DNA of 16,518 nucleotides from a virus (Duplodnaviria; Heunggongvirae; Uroviricota; Caudoviricetes): IMG/VR virus record IMGVR_UViG_2526164609_000012; one strand, 5' to 3'. Shown piece by piece: positions 14,094 to 16,518 of this stretch (position 1 is its first letter; each line of letters starts with the position of its first letter). The notes under the pieces were generated by a model. It saw only the letters and a program-made list of their open reading frames with translations, ran no database searches and was not told where the DNA came from. The position numbers and the translations under genes were made by a program.

Positions 14094-15695
14094 TCACCCG
14101 GAGAAGGTAAATCCCTCAAGAGGCAGCAACTCTGCCAGTCGCTCCTCCGGCCACTCCGGCAGACGCATCAGGACGTCTGTCAACCAGGCATGCGGCTCCA
14201 GACCGTTGCGTTTCGCGGTTTCCAGCAAGCTCATTATTTGCGCGGCGCGTTCTCCCGCCATCTGCGAACCGGCGAACAGCCACGATTTTCTGCCCAGAAC
14301 CACGTTTTTGATGGCCCGTTCACACACATTATTATCCAGCGGCACCGCACCATCTTCCAGGAAGCGGCTCAGTTCCACGCGATGAGACAGCGCATAGGCA
14401 ATGGCTTTGTGTAATGCCTTTCCCGGAGAACATTGCGGTTCCTGCTCTTCAAGCCATGACCACAGTTCTTCCAGTATCGGACGGGCATAACGCTGTCGCC
14501 ACTGGCGGATTTTTTCCACGGGGCGGCTACTGATCTTCTTCTCAAGACGGTACAACCCCGCGATTTTCTTCACGGCTATGGCAGCCCGTGGATCTTTACT
14601 GATTTTATACAGGTCGGCGAAGCCCCTGCGGGCATGGGCCCAGCATCCGGCCAGCGTGATCTCCGGCACTTTGTTTGCCAGAGTCCGGTATGCTTTATGT
14701 CCGTCGACAACCAGCGTCCCGCCCCAGCCCTGAAGCCAGTTTTCAGGATACTCATGGCTACGTCCGGTCCGGCAGTCGAAGCACACAACTGACGGTCCCG
14801 TCCTTTCTCCACTGACGTATGCCCACTGATAACCGGAGCAGGATTTACCGCCTTTCTTCGTGTTCAGGATCTTCAGGGTAGTCTCATCTGCATGCACCAC
14901 CGGACGGTTTATCAACTCGCGATGGAGTAACGCCGCCAGGGGAGATAATGCGGCACCCGCCGCGCCAACCATGTCAGCCATCGAACTGACGGGCAGCCCG
15001 ACATCTGAACGGGCAAAGACCTGTTGCTGGCGATACAGAGGCAGGTGGTCACCGTATTTATTGATGATCACCTGTGCGATGACTGATGGCTCAACGGCAC
15101 TTTTCGGGAGGATATGTGCCGGCATTTCACCGCTGAACACCTTCTGGCAACAGGGACAACTGTATTGCGGACGGACATAACGGTTCACCACAAAGTGAGC
15201 GGGAATATACTCCAGCTTTTCACTCACCGCATCGCGGATATAGTGCAGCGGCTCGTCACATTCAGGGCAATGGTCAGTGTCCGGCTGGATAATTTTTTCC
15301 ACCCGTGGAAGATGAACCGGTAAGGGTTTGCGTATCGGGCGTGAACGGGACGCTTTTTCATCTTCTTCAGGGGATTGCGGGAGCAGTTTATCCAGATGTG
15401 CGGTAAGCGCGGCGATATCGGCATCAACATCCTCTTCGAATAGGGAGCGTTGCATACCAGCCAGCGTTTCACATTTTTTTCCGAAGCGCTGTTGACGAAC
15501 CAGTTTCAGCATTTCTTCCAGAAGCTGGATGCGCCGGCTTTTCTCCAGTAATTCCCGCTCTTTTTCGGCATTCTCCGACATGACTTCTTGTACCATGGCA
15601 AGTGCCATAGCACGCAGTTTTTCGATGTCATTCGTGGTGTTGAGAGCGGAGATATCCATACAGGGGAGTATACCACTCCAGATACGGATATTCAT
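14094..15695 (-). CDS. IS66-family transposase (TnpC / Orf3)
   Basis: 533-aa ORF with N-terminal coiled-coil/leucine-zipper-like region, Cys cluster (CPECDEPLH...CPCCQ) and DDE-type core (VVHADETTLKIL...LVVDGHKAYRTL...AGCWAHARRGF) characteristic of IS66 TnpC. Confidence 0.9.
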   Translation of the reverse strand: MNIRIWSGILPCMDISALNTTNDIEKLRAMALAMVQEVMSENAEKERELLEKSRRIQLLEEMLKLVRQQRFGKKCETLAGMQRSLFEEDVDADIAALTAHLDKLLPQSPEEDEKASRSRPIRKPLPVHLPRVEKIIQPDTDHCPECDEPLHYIRDAVSEKLEYIPAHFVVNRYVRPQYSCPCCQKVFSGEMPAHILPKSAVEPSVIAQVIINKYGDHLPLYRQQQVFARSDVGLPVSSMADMVGAAGAALSPLAALLHRELINRPVVHADETTLKILNTKKGGKSCSGYQWAYVSGERTGPSVVCFDCRTGRSHEYPENWLQGWGGTLVVDGHKAYRTLANKVPEITLAGCWAHARRGFADLYKISKDPRAAIAVKKIAGLYRLEKKISSRPVEKIRQWRQRYARPILEELWSWLEEQEPQCSPGKALHKAIAYALSHRVELSRFLEDGAVPLDNNVCERAIKNVVLGRKSWLFAGSQMAGERAAQIMSLLETAKRNGLEPHAWLTDVLMRLPEWPEERLAELLPLEGFTFSG

Positions 15696-15701
15696 TATTT
15701 T

Positions 15702-16094
15702 TCACTGAGTTAGCAGTGTATTTTGCGTGTTTTCAGGGCGCAGTTCAGGTTCATTCTGCCAGACCCATTTCGTCAGGTCATGTCCCTTAACCTGCTGCCA
15801 GTCAACACCGGCAATCAGCCAGTTAAACTCGTCGGGAGTGAGGTGCCAGGCAGCGTCATTTGCACGTGGCCAGCGGAAGCTGCCTTTGTGCAGACGGCGG
15901 GTACACAACCACACCCCGTGTTTATCCCACCGGAGAACTTTGATACGCGAACGGGCTTTGTTAACAAAGACGAAGGCGGCTCCCTCATGCCATGTCGACC
16001 GGAGTTCATCCTGTATATACTGCGTCAGTGAGTCGATGCCCCGGCGCATGTCAACAGGTTTAATTGCGATGAAGACATTATCAGGACTGAGCAT
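15702..16094 (-). CDS. IS66-family TnpB (Orf2)
   Basis: Conserved Orf2 pattern (NVFIAIKPVDMRRGIDSL...IKVLRWDKHGVWLCTRRLHKGSFRWP...WHLTPDEFNWLIAGVDW). Start set at the internal ATG (MLSPDN...) because the longer ORF-track start at 16193 would run into the adjacent IS3-family terminal sequence. Stop is 6 nt before the tnpC start. Confidence 0.8.
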   Translation of the reverse strand: MLSPDNVFIAIKPVDMRRGIDSLTQYIQDELRSTWHEGAAFVFVNKARSRIKVLRWDKHGVWLCTRRLHKGSFRWPRANDAAWHLTPDEFNWLIAGVDWQQVKGHDLTKWVWQNEPELRPENTQNTLLTQ

Positions 16095-16167
16095 ATTTGA
16101 GTGCCCTGAAGACATCGGTAAGTTGTGACAGCTGACAGCACATCCGTACTCCACCGGGAAGGAAGAG

Positions 16168-16518
<351 letters not shown>

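Larger units (their letters stand above)
13960..16167 (-). mobile_element. partial IS66-family element (tnpB and tnpC present, tnpA and one end missing); left boundary unresolved
   Basis: Minus-strand tnpC (14094-15695) and tnpB (15702-16094) in IS66 order; the expected tnpA region is replaced by an IS3-family element from 16168. The end lies between about 13960 and 14093; I could not find a GTAAGCG-type terminal repeat there. Confidence 0.55.

Noticed and set aside
14190-15323. Plus-strand ORFs inside the IS66-family transposase region
   Set aside because: Antisense to tnpC, whose minus-strand product has clear IS66 transposase motifs.

Overview
This window reads as the late-gene region of a defective lambdoid, HK97-like prophage in an enterobacterial genome (E. 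coli/Shigella-like, judging by the IS1, IS66-family and IS911-like elements). All calls are from reading the sequence and ORF track by eye; no searches were run. Plus-strand order: lysis cassette (SAR-type endolysin, a small hydrophobic ORF, Rz with embedded Rz1); an AT-richer moron region (lipoprotein with a TonB C-terminal-like domain, and a small ribbon-helix-helix-like protein on the minus strand); HNH endonuclease; a cos-like cluster of GTTAAC palindromes; terminase small and large subunits; a prohead protease that is frameshifted and runs in frame into the major capsid protein; a portal gene with an in-frame TAG stop; a tandem-repeat protein with a carbohydrate-binding-like C-terminus; head-tail connector, head closure, gp10-like and tail completion genes; a major tail gene split by IS1 with a perfect 9-bp target duplication; a tail assembly chaperone pair with an A_AAA_AAG -1 slippery site; a possible tape-measure remnant; then a partial IS66-family element abutted by an IS3-family (IS911-like) element that runs off the window. 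Four independent lesions (protease frameshift, portal stop, IS1 in the tail gene, IS-truncated tail module) argue for a cryptic prophage, while the lysis and moron genes look intact. The most novel candidate is the TonB-C-like lipoprotein moron.
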